DNA of 64,000 nt from a virus, in IMG/VR virus record IMGVR_UViG_3300010354_000001, positions 1 to 64,000 of that record; one strand, 5' to 3'. A program made the translations under genes and the position numbers. A model generated the notes under the pieces. That model was not told where the DNA came from. It saw nothing but the letters and a program-made list of their open reading frames with translations, and searched no databases. This document shows, piece after piece, positions 1-9,142 of this stretch; the stretch's first letter is position 1, and every line of letters begins with the position of its first letter.

Positions 1-47
1 CACTGGGGGTAGGACTGGGTTGGAGAAATTATTCCGAGTTAAGGGAT

Positions 48-1163
48 TCAAAGCTCTGTAGGGATAAGTCCTGGTAGAATGTCATCTCCGTCACCTTCAG
101 GATCTACGTCATTATCTAACGCATCTTCTGGTGCTCTAAGGATAACTCTTCTAGGATTACTTTCTGTAGCAGGAATATGAGTATTAAGCTCATAAGAGAC
201 TGTATAGTCGCCTTTCTTGCTGTAGTTATACATCACTTTAATAACTGCATAGTTTCCGTTTAAAATATCAGGCAAGCCAGTTACATTAACTCTAGTTTCA
301 GCAGGGATTCTAAATCTACCTTCTGTAGAAATATTAAGTTTTCTTTTACCTCTACTAATCTGATTATATGCAGTGTTAGCTTTTCTTAAAGCATCTTCTT
401 CATTTCCAGCTATCTCATTTAATATTTTTAAAGGTTCGCCAGTACCAACACTTGCCACTTCTGTAGTTATATCCCCATTAGAGGCTACAGCCCTATACTT
501 AACTCCAACACTTGAGAAGTTTACTGATTTATCTTCTTGCCCACTGTAAGTTAAAATATCTCTTTTATACTCTAGATTAAGTCTAGGTAATTGCACAAGT
601 GAATTAATTAGAGTGTCAGGGCCACGTCTAGCAAAGACTAGTACATTGCCTTGAATCTTAGTAAAAGCATCATGCTCTTGTCCTAAATCAAATAATAGAC
701 GTTGGTTAGTAATTCCAGATTGGTCTTTATTTACATTTACAGTAAAGAAGTAAGGATCTATTCTAGGCTGTAAGCTAGACTCTAAACATATTTTATTTAC
801 TATATATCCGACAGATTTATTAACAAACGATCTAGTTTTATTATCTAGTAAAGCAGTGTTAGCGGAAGCACTTTTAAAATTCAATATTACTTTTTCGTCT
901 TGTGAGTCTCCGTTATATTCTACAGTAGTTAAAGTATAATTTCCGACTTTATATAAACCCTCTTCCAGATACCCCAAAAACAACTGAACCTTAAATCCTA
1001 CGTTGGGATGTAAAAACTTTCTATCGTTATACAGAACTAAATCTAATTTATCGTTTTTCTGTCCAGACTCATCTGTTGCAGTAATAGATAAAACTCTACG
1101 CATAAGTTCAGTGAGTTCTTTACCTGCCTCGTTTAAAATTTTAAAACTCGGAGTTAATCCCAT
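48..1163 (-). CDS. Phage late control / baseplate hub protein (P2 GpD-like)
   Basis: ORF; N-terminal PSFKI...ITATDESGQKNDKLDL and LFLGY...VGNY motifs typical of GpD; follows GpU and GpX genes. Confidence 0.85.
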   Translation of the reverse strand: MGLTPSFKILNEAGKELTELMRRVLSITATDESGQKNDKLDLVLYNDRKFLHPNVGFKVQLFLGYLEEGLYKVGNYTLTTVEYNGDSQDEKVILNFKSASANTALLDNKTRSFVNKSVGYIVNKICLESSLQPRIDPYFFTVNVNKDQSGITNQRLLFDLGQEHDAFTKIQGNVLVFARRGPDTLINSLVQLPRLNLEYKRDILTYSGQEDKSVNFSSVGVKYRAVASNGDITTEVASVGTGEPLKILNEIAGNEEDALRKANTAYNQISRGKRKLNISTEGRFRIPAETRVNVTGLPDILNGNYAVIKVMYNYSKKGDYTVSYELNTHIPATESNPRRVILRAPEDALDNDVDPEGDGDDILPGLIPTEL

Positions 1164-1366
1164 AGTGTTATTAGTTCTTGAATGTTAGCTTTAGCTCTAT
1201 TAATTTCAGGCAGATTAATCTTGATACCTGGAGGTAGGATAAAATCGTAATCTACTAGATGTGGATTAAAGGCATAAAGCTTTTCAGTCGTGCCTCTCTC
1301 ATAGCCGTAGTATTTGAAGGCTATTAGGTCTAAAGTATCTCCTTGGATAGTGCTATAAACTCTCAA
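1154..1366 (-). CDS. Tail protein X (P2 GpX, LysM-like)
   Basis: 70 aa; QGDTLDLIAFKYYG...NPHL...LPPGIKINLP...LWD is the GpX signature. Confidence 0.92.
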   Translation of the reverse strand: MRVYSTIQGDTLDLIAFKYYGYERGTTEKLYAFNPHLVDYDFILPPGIKINLPEINRAKANIQELITLWD

Positions 1367-1929
1367 AATAAGTAATCGCTCACTTTCGTTGTGGCATCGG
1401 AAATGCCTTTAAGCCCTTCTTTAGTTTTTACTATGAACATATTATCCGCACTTACTTTTAATACGTCATAGTCTAGTAAAGTATTAACGCTAAGTCTAGT
1501 AGCTTCTATATCTTGTTTAAGCTCCATAGTAAACTCTTGTTTTATCGCAACCCCATACTCATTGTATTTAGATTCTTGTACGTTTAAATCCACTATTACC
1601 CATCTGCCTAAGTTTCTACCTATACCATCAAATAGAGGATAGGATTCCCCACTTCTAGCACTAGCATCTCCCATTCGTTTTAACTGCTCTAAAGACTGAT
1701 TGCCAAATAGAGTATTAATAGTATTTAGGATATTTATGTTTAGTTGCAGGTCGTGAAATATAGTACCTGTAAGTATTCTGATAGGAGCTTTAACCCCACC
1801 GTTGTTAAGAGAGTTTTCTCCAGCTAATTTATCTCTTTCTACCCATTCCCAAGAATACCTCTTTATAGACTCCTGAAAATTAGTCGTGTAAGAGTTAAAT
1901 ATAAAATCGCCTAGTCTCATTAGTGGCAT
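1363..1929 (-). CDS. Tail protein (P2 GpU-like)
   Basis: LMRLGDFIF start, LFDGIGRNLGRWVI, QEFTMELK; located between tape measure and GpX. Confidence 0.88.
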   Translation of the reverse strand: MPLMRLGDFIFNSYTTNFQESIKRYSWEWVERDKLAGENSLNNGGVKAPIRILTGTIFHDLQLNINILNTINTLFGNQSLEQLKRMGDASARSGESYPLFDGIGRNLGRWVIVDLNVQESKYNEYGVAIKQEFTMELKQDIEATRLSVNTLLDYDVLKVSADNMFIVKTKEGLKGISDATTKVSDYLF

Positions 1930-4184
1930 TAGTTGAACCCGTCCTTAGATTTAAACGCAGACCCAGCACCTATAAATGCAGGAGCTTCTGGAGCCTTGTA
2001 ATTTCTAGCAAACTCCATAAAGGCTTTAGTATCCTCTAGTGCGGTAGAATCTTTTCCGCCGTGTATGTTAAACACTATATGGTTATTACCGTTATTAACT
2101 GTTTGTATAGGAGCTTTAGAAATGCTTCTTTCAAACATGCTATTTTTATCCATAGCAGTTCTTTGTTTTTCGGCTTTAAACTCTGGAGTGAGTACGGAGT
2201 CGGCAGTAAGTCCTCCATTATCTTGCAAGGCTCTTCTAGCTCTGCTTTCAGAAATATTGTCGCTTATAGCTTCATATCCTTTGTAGGCTCCATAGCCGAT
2301 AGCAGCAGTGCCTGCGAGTGCAAGTAATCCATAAGGGCCAAGAGAAGCCCAAGCGGCTACAGCCACTTTAGAGAACCATCCTATAGCACCAGAAGCAAAA
2401 GTTGCTATAGCAGCAGAGGCACCAGGGAAAATCTTCTGGAAAGCTAACACCCCTAACCCCATATCTCCTATAGTAGATAAAACAGATCCAGTAACCATAC
2501 CCAAAGCACCAAAGGCAACACCTAACGTACCTAGCCAAGGCACAGCTTCTATGATACCTTGAACCATCCATTTATTCTTTTTAGTTAAATCAGTTATGAC
2601 CCCTACTAACCCTCGCATATCTGTCAGAGTTTGTTTGAGAATTTCTTTACCGCCTAAATCAAAGAACATAACCGCAGCTAATTCATCGAACTGGGTTTTC
2701 AATAGATCCATAGCACCACTGACAGTATTGAGTTGATTGATAGCAGAGCTCCCAATCAAATCTTCCTTAGCAGCCTTCTGCATTCTAGCTACCTCAGTTC
2801 TAAGATCGGCCAACCCTTTAGTACCCTCTTTCGTTAACTGCATTATCGCTACAGCAGCTTCTTTTTGAAACACGTTAGATACGAAATCCATATAACTTTT
2901 AGGAGACACTAGCTCGTTTAAAGTTGTGAGCCTCTCGACTAAATAATCCAACCCTTTAAATGTACCTGTCTTTGTCCATACGTCAAAATCAAAGCCAGTT
3001 TCTTTTTTGAAATCGGCAATGGTGTCTGTAGCTTTTTTAGTAGGGGAAGCAAATCCTAACATTGCAGATTTAAAAGATCTAGTAGCTTGCCCGCCACGTA
3101 AATTACCTTTACCTATTTGGGTAATCATGGCTAGAGATTCTGGCAGCGAGACTCCCATTACCTCCATAGTAGAAGCCACATACTTCATTGATTCATTGAT
3201 GTCACTTACAGATATAATAGAATCATTAGCAGCTTGAACTACCATGTTTAAAGCATCACGAGTATCGTAGCCAGTAGAGCGTAAAGTTTTATCCTTACTT
3301 AGAGATTTACTGAAAGTAGCTTGTATCTGAGATAATATCTTCATGGCAGTCTCAGGAGATTCGCCCGTAGCTAGAGACATATCCGCCATAGTCTTTAACA
3401 TACCTCTAGGGCCTACTTGTTTAGCTAAATCAATACCAGCTTTAGATAACTCTACAGATAAGTCTGCTAAGGTATTCATAGCGATACCACTCTTCAAAGC
3501 TACTTCTCTTATGTTAGACTCGGCAGTTTTTATATCGAACGATTTATCATCGGCAGATATAGCCTTCATCAAAGCAAGCTGTCTCTCTACGTGCATTGAC
3601 TTCTTCATGAAGTTATGGGCTGTGTAAAGAGTTCCTAACCCAGCACCGAAAGACATAAATCCCGCACTTACCATGCCACGACCTACACCTCTCACACCTT
3701 TAGCTATGGACTGTCTTGTCTCTTGCTGTTTCTGCTGCTGCATTAACCTGCTCTGCTCGGCTATTTTAGAGTTTAATTTAGCTTGTGCTTCAGAGGCAGA
3801 TTTAGCATCTATTCCATAGTTCCGTAACTTACCAGAAGCTTTGGAAACTTCATTATTTACAGATTTTTGTTTATTTTTATATTCTTCTAACTTAGCTTTT
3901 TGTTTATTTATTTGCTGCGTTAGAGTGCCATAAGCATCACCAGTTTTAGCGGCTTCTTGCTGAAGTTTATTTAACTTCTCTTCAGTCTTCTTAATAGAAT
4001 TACCTAAAGCTTTAGAGCTGTTTTCCAGCTTCTTCATCTTGTCAGTAATATCTAAAGCAGCATCTAGCTTTTTTGCTTGTTTTTCAAAACTTTTTACAGT
4101 GCTTTCAGCAGTCTTGAATGAAGCCATGAAGCTTCTAGCTAAAGTAGCTGTAAGCTGCATAGTTATTCTAGAGTCTGACTTCAT
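1929..4184 (-). CDS. Tail tape measure protein (TP901-like core)
   Basis: 751 aa; coiled-coil N-terminus, ESMKYVAS/GGQATRS core, hydrophobic Gly/Ala-rich C-terminal part; synteny. Confidence 0.92.
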   Translation of the reverse strand: MKSDSRITMQLTATLARSFMASFKTAESTVKSFEKQAKKLDAALDITDKMKKLENSSKALGNSIKKTEEKLNKLQQEAAKTGDAYGTLTQQINKQKAKLEEYKNKQKSVNNEVSKASGKLRNYGIDAKSASEAQAKLNSKIAEQSRLMQQQKQQETRQSIAKGVRGVGRGMVSAGFMSFGAGLGTLYTAHNFMKKSMHVERQLALMKAISADDKSFDIKTAESNIREVALKSGIAMNTLADLSVELSKAGIDLAKQVGPRGMLKTMADMSLATGESPETAMKILSQIQATFSKSLSKDKTLRSTGYDTRDALNMVVQAANDSIISVSDINESMKYVASTMEVMGVSLPESLAMITQIGKGNLRGGQATRSFKSAMLGFASPTKKATDTIADFKKETGFDFDVWTKTGTFKGLDYLVERLTTLNELVSPKSYMDFVSNVFQKEAAVAIMQLTKEGTKGLADLRTEVARMQKAAKEDLIGSSAINQLNTVSGAMDLLKTQFDELAAVMFFDLGGKEILKQTLTDMRGLVGVITDLTKKNKWMVQGIIEAVPWLGTLGVAFGALGMVTGSVLSTIGDMGLGVLAFQKIFPGASAAIATFASGAIGWFSKVAVAAWASLGPYGLLALAGTAAIGYGAYKGYEAISDNISESRARRALQDNGGLTADSVLTPEFKAEKQRTAMDKNSMFERSISKAPIQTVNNGNNHIVFNIHGGKDSTALEDTKAFMEFARNYKAPEAPAFIGAGSAFKSKDGFN

Positions 4185-4402
4185 TGATATTCCCCTCTAG
4201 ACTTATTCATCTCATACTCTATGGCTTGATTTTCTCTGGAGATAGCCCTACTAGCTATCATGCACCAAAAATTAAGCTCACTTATAGTAAAGCCCATACA
4301 AGTAGTGTAATCCCAGTGCATAGTCCTAGATAGGTATGCCACGTTATCAAAAATATTAATCCAAGTTTCACTATCCTTTACTGGATAGTCAAGGAAAAAA
4401 AA
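4181..4402 (-). CDS. -1 frameshift extension of tail chaperone (GpE+E'-like)
   Basis: GCT TTT TTT TCC slippery site (A8 at 4395-4402). The -1 frame reads FLDYPVKDSETWINIFDNVAYLSRTMHWDYTTCMGFTISELNFWCMIAS... to a TGA overlapping the tape measure ATG; HW...EL..W is the GpE' pattern. Confidence 0.85.
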   Translation of the reverse strand, partial: FFFLDYPVKDSETWINIFDNVAYLSRTMHWDYTTCMGFTISELNFWCMIASRAISRENQAIEYEMNKSRGEYQ

Positions 4403-4800
4403 GCCGTAGCCAACTTCGCTGCATCGTAGGAGCAGAGAGTACCTAATTCAGCCTTACTTAGTTGCACATCTGGATTATCTGCACTGTATGTGCAAGATGC
4501 CATTAAGTCTAAAAATTTATCTGGCTTAGTGTCAGGCCAGCTTAGGTAGCTGTCAGTTACCCCGTCTTTCTCTGGATCTAACTTAACTCCAGTTTTAGAC
4601 AAATTGACCTTTTGTGCGAGTGTTAACTGCCTAACTATGAGTTCTTTACATTCGACAGTCTGTACTAGAATAGGTTGGGCGAGTTTAACTTTTTTTTCGA
4701 TATCTATATCAACATTACCTAAAAGTAATGCTATACTATCATCGAGTTCTGCTTTTAGTTTTTGAGCTTCGTCTTTATTGAGTGGTTTATTTTCAGTCAT
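4378..4800 (-). CDS. Tail assembly chaperone (P2 GpE-like)
   Basis: Between tube and tape measure genes; ends ATAFFSLTIQ over a T8 slippery run. Confidence 0.8.
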   Translation of the reverse strand: MTENKPLNKDEAQKLKAELDDSIALLLGNVDIDIEKKVKLAQPILVQTVECKELIVRQLTLAQKVNLSKTGVKLDPEKDGVTDSYLSWPDTKPDKFLDLMASCTYSADNPDVQLSKAELGTLCSYDAAKLATAFFSLTIQ

Positions 4801-4839
4801 ATCTGCTCGTAATTATACTACGAGACTGGTAAATACTGA

Positions 4840-5364
4840 TTATATAGAAGTTCCGATACCTAAAATACGTCTGTAGTTAACTGCTTGATCCAATCCACCG
4901 ATAACTTCTTTAAGGTTAGGGATATCTATATCTTTAAGTACTCTGCCGTCAAACATTTCTTTATACTGTCTTAACTGCAATTTAAACTTATACTCACCTA
5001 AACCAGCACCGTTTTCAGCAGTTCCTTTATCCTCTTCCACGACCATGCCTGCACCAGTGTGATACCAAGTATGCTCTGAACCATCTTCTGACTGAACTAC
5101 TTCTCTTAAAATAAATCTTACGTTTTGCCCTTGATTCAAACCACTTAAGGAGAGAATGTCTGGGTTGACATCGAATAGAGTAAATTCCATTTCGATTGCT
5201 TTCAATCCAGTCTTAACTGGAACTGGAGCACTAAAACCAGCAGGGCGATAGCTTTCAACTTCGTTACTGACATTTGGTCTCATAACGCTTTTAGCTTTTC
5301 CTGTTAAATCTAGCAAGTTTACGCTTAGCGTGAAGTTTGTACAAATTTTTGAACCTTGAACCAT
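4840..5364 (-). CDS. Major tail tube protein (P2 FII-like)
   Basis: 174 aa; YRPAGFSAPV..GLKAIEMEF, IDIPNLKEVIGGLDQ; immediately downstream of sheath. Confidence 0.9.
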   Translation of the reverse strand: MVQGSKICTNFTLSVNLLDLTGKAKSVMRPNVSNEVESYRPAGFSAPVPVKTGLKAIEMEFTLFDVNPDILSLSGLNQGQNVRFILREVVQSEDGSEHTWYHTGAGMVVEEDKGTAENGAGLGEYKFKLQLRQYKEMFDGRVLKDIDIPNLKEVIGGLDQAVNYRRILGIGTSI

Positions 5365-5365
5365 A

Positions 5366-7006
5366 CTATATTACCGCCGCCTCCGTAAATTCTGTAACGT
5401 ATCCGTTTGTTACTTTAGTTAAAATGTTTATTGTTTGTGCTGGGCTAGGGAAACTAACCGCAATGTTAAAGTAAACATTACCAGCAAGTAATTCCGCAGG
5501 TGTGTTTATGTCTGCACTAGCAGGCCACGCCTCACCGTTTAGGATAACTTCTTGCCCTTTAAGAGTTAATAATTGGTCGTTTAGGTATTCAGTCACTAAA
5601 TCAATGTATCCAGCAGTTATTTTTGCATCTATAAACTGTATAGACCCTTTAGAAATTATTCTACCTAGATAATCAATTCCTCTCTTAACACAATAGAATC
5701 TTGACTGATCTTGTGTTTGGGAAGTAGAGTAGTTTCCGAATAGTCTGAAACCGTTATTGTTTATGATGGTTGCTACACCATTCTCATTCAAATAGTTAGT
5801 ATCTGATGCCACACCTTCTTGAGAGAAGACTGCTAGGTTGAAGCTAGCTGGTTTAGCTAATGATTCTATACCTCTGATAAGTCTATTAGAAGGGGATAGT
5901 GTTACACCGCCTACTAGGTTATCTGTGCTAGCTATTAGCCCTGCAACTGAAGCAGCCGAAGGTCTAGTTAGCAATTGACCGTTTATAGTTTTTCTGATAA
6001 AGCCTAAGCCTACAGCTAGGATTCTGTCTGATGGGTTATTGTACGCATAAGCTACCGCATCTTCTTTTGTAGTGTTTGGAGTATCTGTTACTACAGTAGT
6101 ACCGCAAGTATTAGCTAATGTTAAAAGTTTATTAACTACTGCATTATATCCACCGCCCGCAACTAACTGGTAAGTCCAGTCAGGGGCTATTAGGATAGCA
6201 TTACCTAAATCTATTTTTAAGGTAGAAGGAATGTCAGAGATTTGCTCAGCACCAGTTTTAGTTCCGCCAGAATTAGTACCTATTATGTTAGTACCTGTTA
6301 TAGCGGCAGCACTTACTTTAGAGTAAGAAGCAACTATAGTAGCCCTAGGAGCTATTTTACTTGTATTAGTTCTGGTAAGTATCCCAGTCTCAGCTTCTAA
6401 TGTATAGTCAGTATTAACAGCTAAAGTAGCTGTGTAAGCTACAAGAACTTCAGCACCAGTAGGGATACTAGCTAACAAGTTAGTAATTACGTTAGAACTT
6501 ACGTTGTAATCTGTGGAATTACTGTAAGTAGTAACTCCGTCAGCAGATTTAACTGAGGTTACAGCAGTTATGCCCGTAGGTAAAGTTATAGTGTTATTTG
6601 GGGCGAATCTTAGTTTAGCGGTGATTGCAGTAGTGGTAGTTAAGGCAGAAACATACCCGTTAGCTAATTTAGCTTTTCCGTTAGCTCCAAAAACCACATT
6701 CTCATTTGTTACAGAAGTAACAGTAGTGCTAGGTAAAACATTAATGACTACCAAAGGTACAGATGCTTGAACGAATATATCAGCAGCATCTTTAGGGATA
6801 CTAAATTCGTCATTCGTCACAGCTCCAAATTTTTTGATAACATCATCTATAGAGTTGCATAAAGTAGGTACGTTTGGCCCTTTGCCTGCTGTTCCTAAAA
6901 GAACTATCGCAGTACTGCTAACATTTGTAGCTGGTCTAGCCAGAACTTCGGTTGTGTATATGGTTCCGTGGTGAAAAGGCATCCTGTAAAAAACTCCCAA
7001 TGACAC
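5366..7006 (-). CDS. Tail sheath protein (P2 FI-like); true start probably 6982 (MPFHHG)
   Basis: FHHG N-terminus, LLGTA, SPSNRLI, YLNENGVATII..NGFRLFGN; has inserted beta-rich DYT domains. Confidence 0.93.
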   Translation of the reverse strand: MSLGVFYRMPFHHGTIYTTEVLARPATNVSSTAIVLLGTAGKGPNVPTLCNSIDDVIKKFGAVTNDEFSIPKDAADIFVQASVPLVVINVLPSTTVTSVTNENVVFGANGKAKLANGYVSALTTTTAITAKLRFAPNNTITLPTGITAVTSVKSADGVTTYSNSTDYNVSSNVITNLLASIPTGAEVLVAYTATLAVNTDYTLEAETGILTRTNTSKIAPRATIVASYSKVSAAAITGTNIIGTNSGGTKTGAEQISDIPSTLKIDLGNAILIAPDWTYQLVAGGGYNAVVNKLLTLANTCGTTVVTDTPNTTKEDAVAYAYNNPSDRILAVGLGFIRKTINGQLLTRPSAASVAGLIASTDNLVGGVTLSPSNRLIRGIESLAKPASFNLAVFSQEGVASDTNYLNENGVATIINNNGFRLFGNYSTSQTQDQSRFYCVKRGIDYLGRIISKGSIQFIDAKITAGYIDLVTEYLNDQLLTLKGQEVILNGEAWPASADINTPAELLAGNVYFNIAVSFPSPAQTINILTKVTNGYVTEFTEAAVI

Positions 7007-7040
7007 AAGGTCATCTAAATAAAGTGTACTTCGAGTTAGT

Positions 7041-7421
7041 TTACGGGAGTTTGTTGCTTAGTTTTCTGATAGCATCTTTGATAGCATCAAACTCTTCTTC
7101 CATGAAAGTTTTTAAGCTATCAACCTTATTTTGCATACTTAACAAGGGAACTAATGTGCTATTCATTTTCTCTACGTTGAGAATTAAATCGTGAATACTT
7201 TTCGTTATAACTGGAAAATTTACTGTAGCGGTATCTATAAACGATACCATTGATGTGAAAACTCTAGGTAACTGAGTAGTACAAAGAAAGACTAGAATTG
7301 CAATAAAGGATAGGCAAAGAGTGAATATTACTATAGGAATCCAGTTATCTACAAAAGTGACTACTATGTCAGATGCTATTTTTGCAGTTTCTTCTGTGAC
7401 ATTTAAACTTATAATTCCCAT
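7041..7421 (-). CDS. Small membrane protein, possible holin
   Basis: One hydrophobic helix (WIPIVIFTLCLSFIAILVFLC) then amphipathic coiled coil; holin role is inference. Confidence 0.55.
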   Translation of the reverse strand: MGIISLNVTEETAKIASDIVVTFVDNWIPIVIFTLCLSFIAILVFLCTTQLPRVFTSMVSFIDTATVNFPVITKSIHDLILNVEKMNSTLVPLLSMQNKVDSLKTFMEEEFDAIKDAIRKLSNKLP

Positions 7422-8678
7422 CGGAATAATCCCTTCATAGACATAAGTGCCTATATAAACTCACTTATGGTATAATTGTACTATGAGAGGATTTGAAGTA
7501 AAACTATATCCAAATAAATCTCAAATAGAACAGTTAAACAAAGAGTTTAACTGTTCGAGATTCATCTATAATAAGATGATAGAAATATCTCAAAAGAAAT
7601 ATCATAGAACAGGTAAATCTTTATCTGGCTATGATATGCAAAGTTATCTGCCTAAACTTAAGAAAGAGTTTGTATGGCTTAAAGAGCCTTCGGCTCAACA
7701 ACTCCAAATAACCTGCCATAATCTGGCAGAAGCATATAATAGATTCTTTAAAAAACTTTCTAAATATCCTAACTTTAAAAAGAGATCTAGCAAAGCTAGT
7801 TATACTGTAGTTACTAACGTAACTTTATTAGATACTCATATAAAACTACCTAAGCTTGGCTTAGTTAGATATAGAGGAGGAGATAAACCTTTAGGTGAAA
7901 TCAAAAGAGTAACAGTAAAGAAATCTGCCTCTGGCAGATTTTATGCTAGTATTCTTTTTGATACTAAAGAGACTTTACAGGAGTCTAAACCCTTTAGTAC
8001 TATAACTGGTATAGATTTAGGAATTAAAGATTATCTTATTTGTTCTAATGGGGATTTTATACAAAATCCCAAACATTTAAGAGTATCAGAAAAGAAGCTA
8101 AAAGAAAGACAAAGAAGACTTAGTAAGAGCCTGAAAGGCTCTAAAAAGAGAAATCAAAGAAGAATAATTTTAGCAAGAACTCACGAAAAGATAGCTTTTC
8201 AGAGAAAAGATTTTACCCACAAGGTATCAAAGATCCTAACAAGCAAATGCGAGAATCAAGCATTTGCTTTAGAGGATCTAAATATAAACGGAATGATTAA
8301 GAACCATAAACTAGCTAAGTCTATTGCTGACTGTAGTTGGGGAATGTTCAAGACATTCCTCAACTATAAGGCAGCTAGTCTTGGCAAACAAGTATTTACT
8401 GTAGATAGATTTTATCCATCTAGTAAAACTTGTTCTAGTTGTGGTATAGTTAATAATATGCTTACTTTAGATCAAAGGTCATGGAACTGCCCGCATTGCG
8501 GATCAGTTCATGACAGAGATCTAAATGCAGCTATTAATATTAGCAAAGAAGCGTGGAGGAACTACGCTAGTGGAGGGGCGATAAGCCCTGAGACACTCGA
8601 AAGGGTGGCTCAGGCAGCCCCAGCGAAGCTGAAAAAATCACTTTATATTCAGTAATGTCTATGAAGGGATTATTCCGA
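7421..8678 (+). mobile_element. Non-autonomous TnpB-carrying element bounded by perfect 24-bp terminal inverted repeats
   Basis: TCGGAATAATCCCTTCATAGACAT (7421-7444) is the exact reverse complement of 8655-8678; the only gene inside is tnpB, oriented against the late operon. Confidence 0.88.
7483..8655 (+). CDS. tnpB: RNA-guided endonuclease TnpB (IS200/IS605/IS607 OrfB family)
   Basis: N-terminal KLYPN..Q HTH, RuvC-I GIDLG, RuvC-II ALEDL, Zn ribbon CSSCG/CPHCG, RuvC-III DRDLNAAINI; all catalytic residues present. Confidence 0.96.
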   Translation: MRGFEVKLYPNKSQIEQLNKEFNCSRFIYNKMIEISQKKYHRTGKSLSGYDMQSYLPKLKKEFVWLKEPSAQQLQITCHNLAEAYNRFFKKLSKYPNFKKRSSKASYTVVTNVTLLDTHIKLPKLGLVRYRGGDKPLGEIKRVTVKKSASGRFYASILFDTKETLQESKPFSTITGIDLGIKDYLICSNGDFIQNPKHLRVSEKKLKERQRRLSKSLKGSKKRNQRRIILARTHEKIAFQRKDFTHKVSKILTSKCENQAFALEDLNINGMIKNHKLAKSIADCSWGMFKTFLNYKAASLGKQVFTVDRFYPSSKTCSSCGIVNNMLTLDQRSWNCPHCGSVHDRDLNAAINISKEAWRNYASGGAISPETLERVAQAAPAKLKKSLYIQ

Positions 8679-8697
8679 AAGAAGTGTACCTACAAAG
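8550..8697 (+). ncRNA. TnpB omegaRNA (scaffold about 8550-8677, putative guide about 8678-8697)
   Basis: Overlaps the tnpB 3' end; hairpin AGCGTGG-AGGAA-CTACGCT, GTGGAGGGGC..TAAG..GCAGCCCC..GAAGCT, 3' hairpin CTTTATA/TATGAAG, ends TTCCG. Confidence 0.8.
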
Positions 8698-9139
8698 TAG
8701 TTACGCTTATGGCAGTAATGTCATCACTGCCATCCCTAGTTAAGGTGACTTGATAAGTAATCCCATTAACTGTGGATCTGTAGCTGTTTAGTACATCTAA
8801 AGTATAAACAAAGTTGCTTAAAGTTTCCTCTGCTGTTTGATAAAAAGTTATATTTCCGTTACCATCTCTAGTGATAGTAGCAGTAGTAGGCATAGGTCTA
8901 ATGTTTTTTTTAGTGCTAGTTAGACTTGTTACGTTAGTTTGTAGGGTTGTTATACTGCTAGCAGAAGCAACTGCACTATCCCTAACAGTATCTAAAGCAG
9001 TATCTATTTCAGTTATAGCTTGATCTAAAGCTTCGATGAGTGTGCTTCCATGCACATCTTGACCTGGAACTGGGAAACTAAAATTAGGAGTTTCGTCAAA
9101 ACTGTCTTTAGCGTTGCCAACAATTATAGTTCTAGGCAT
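8690..9139 (-). CDS. Hypothetical virion protein
   Basis: 149 aa ORF in the structural operon; short coiled coil and two TRDG repeats. Confidence 0.7.
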   Translation of the reverse strand: MPRTIIVGNAKDSFDETPNFSFPVPGQDVHGSTLIEALDQAITEIDTALDTVRDSAVASASSITTLQTNVTSLTSTKKNIRPMPTTATITRDGNGNITFYQTAEETLSNFVYTLDVLNSYRSTVNGITYQVTLTRDGSDDITAISVTTL

Positions 9140-9142
9140 GGA

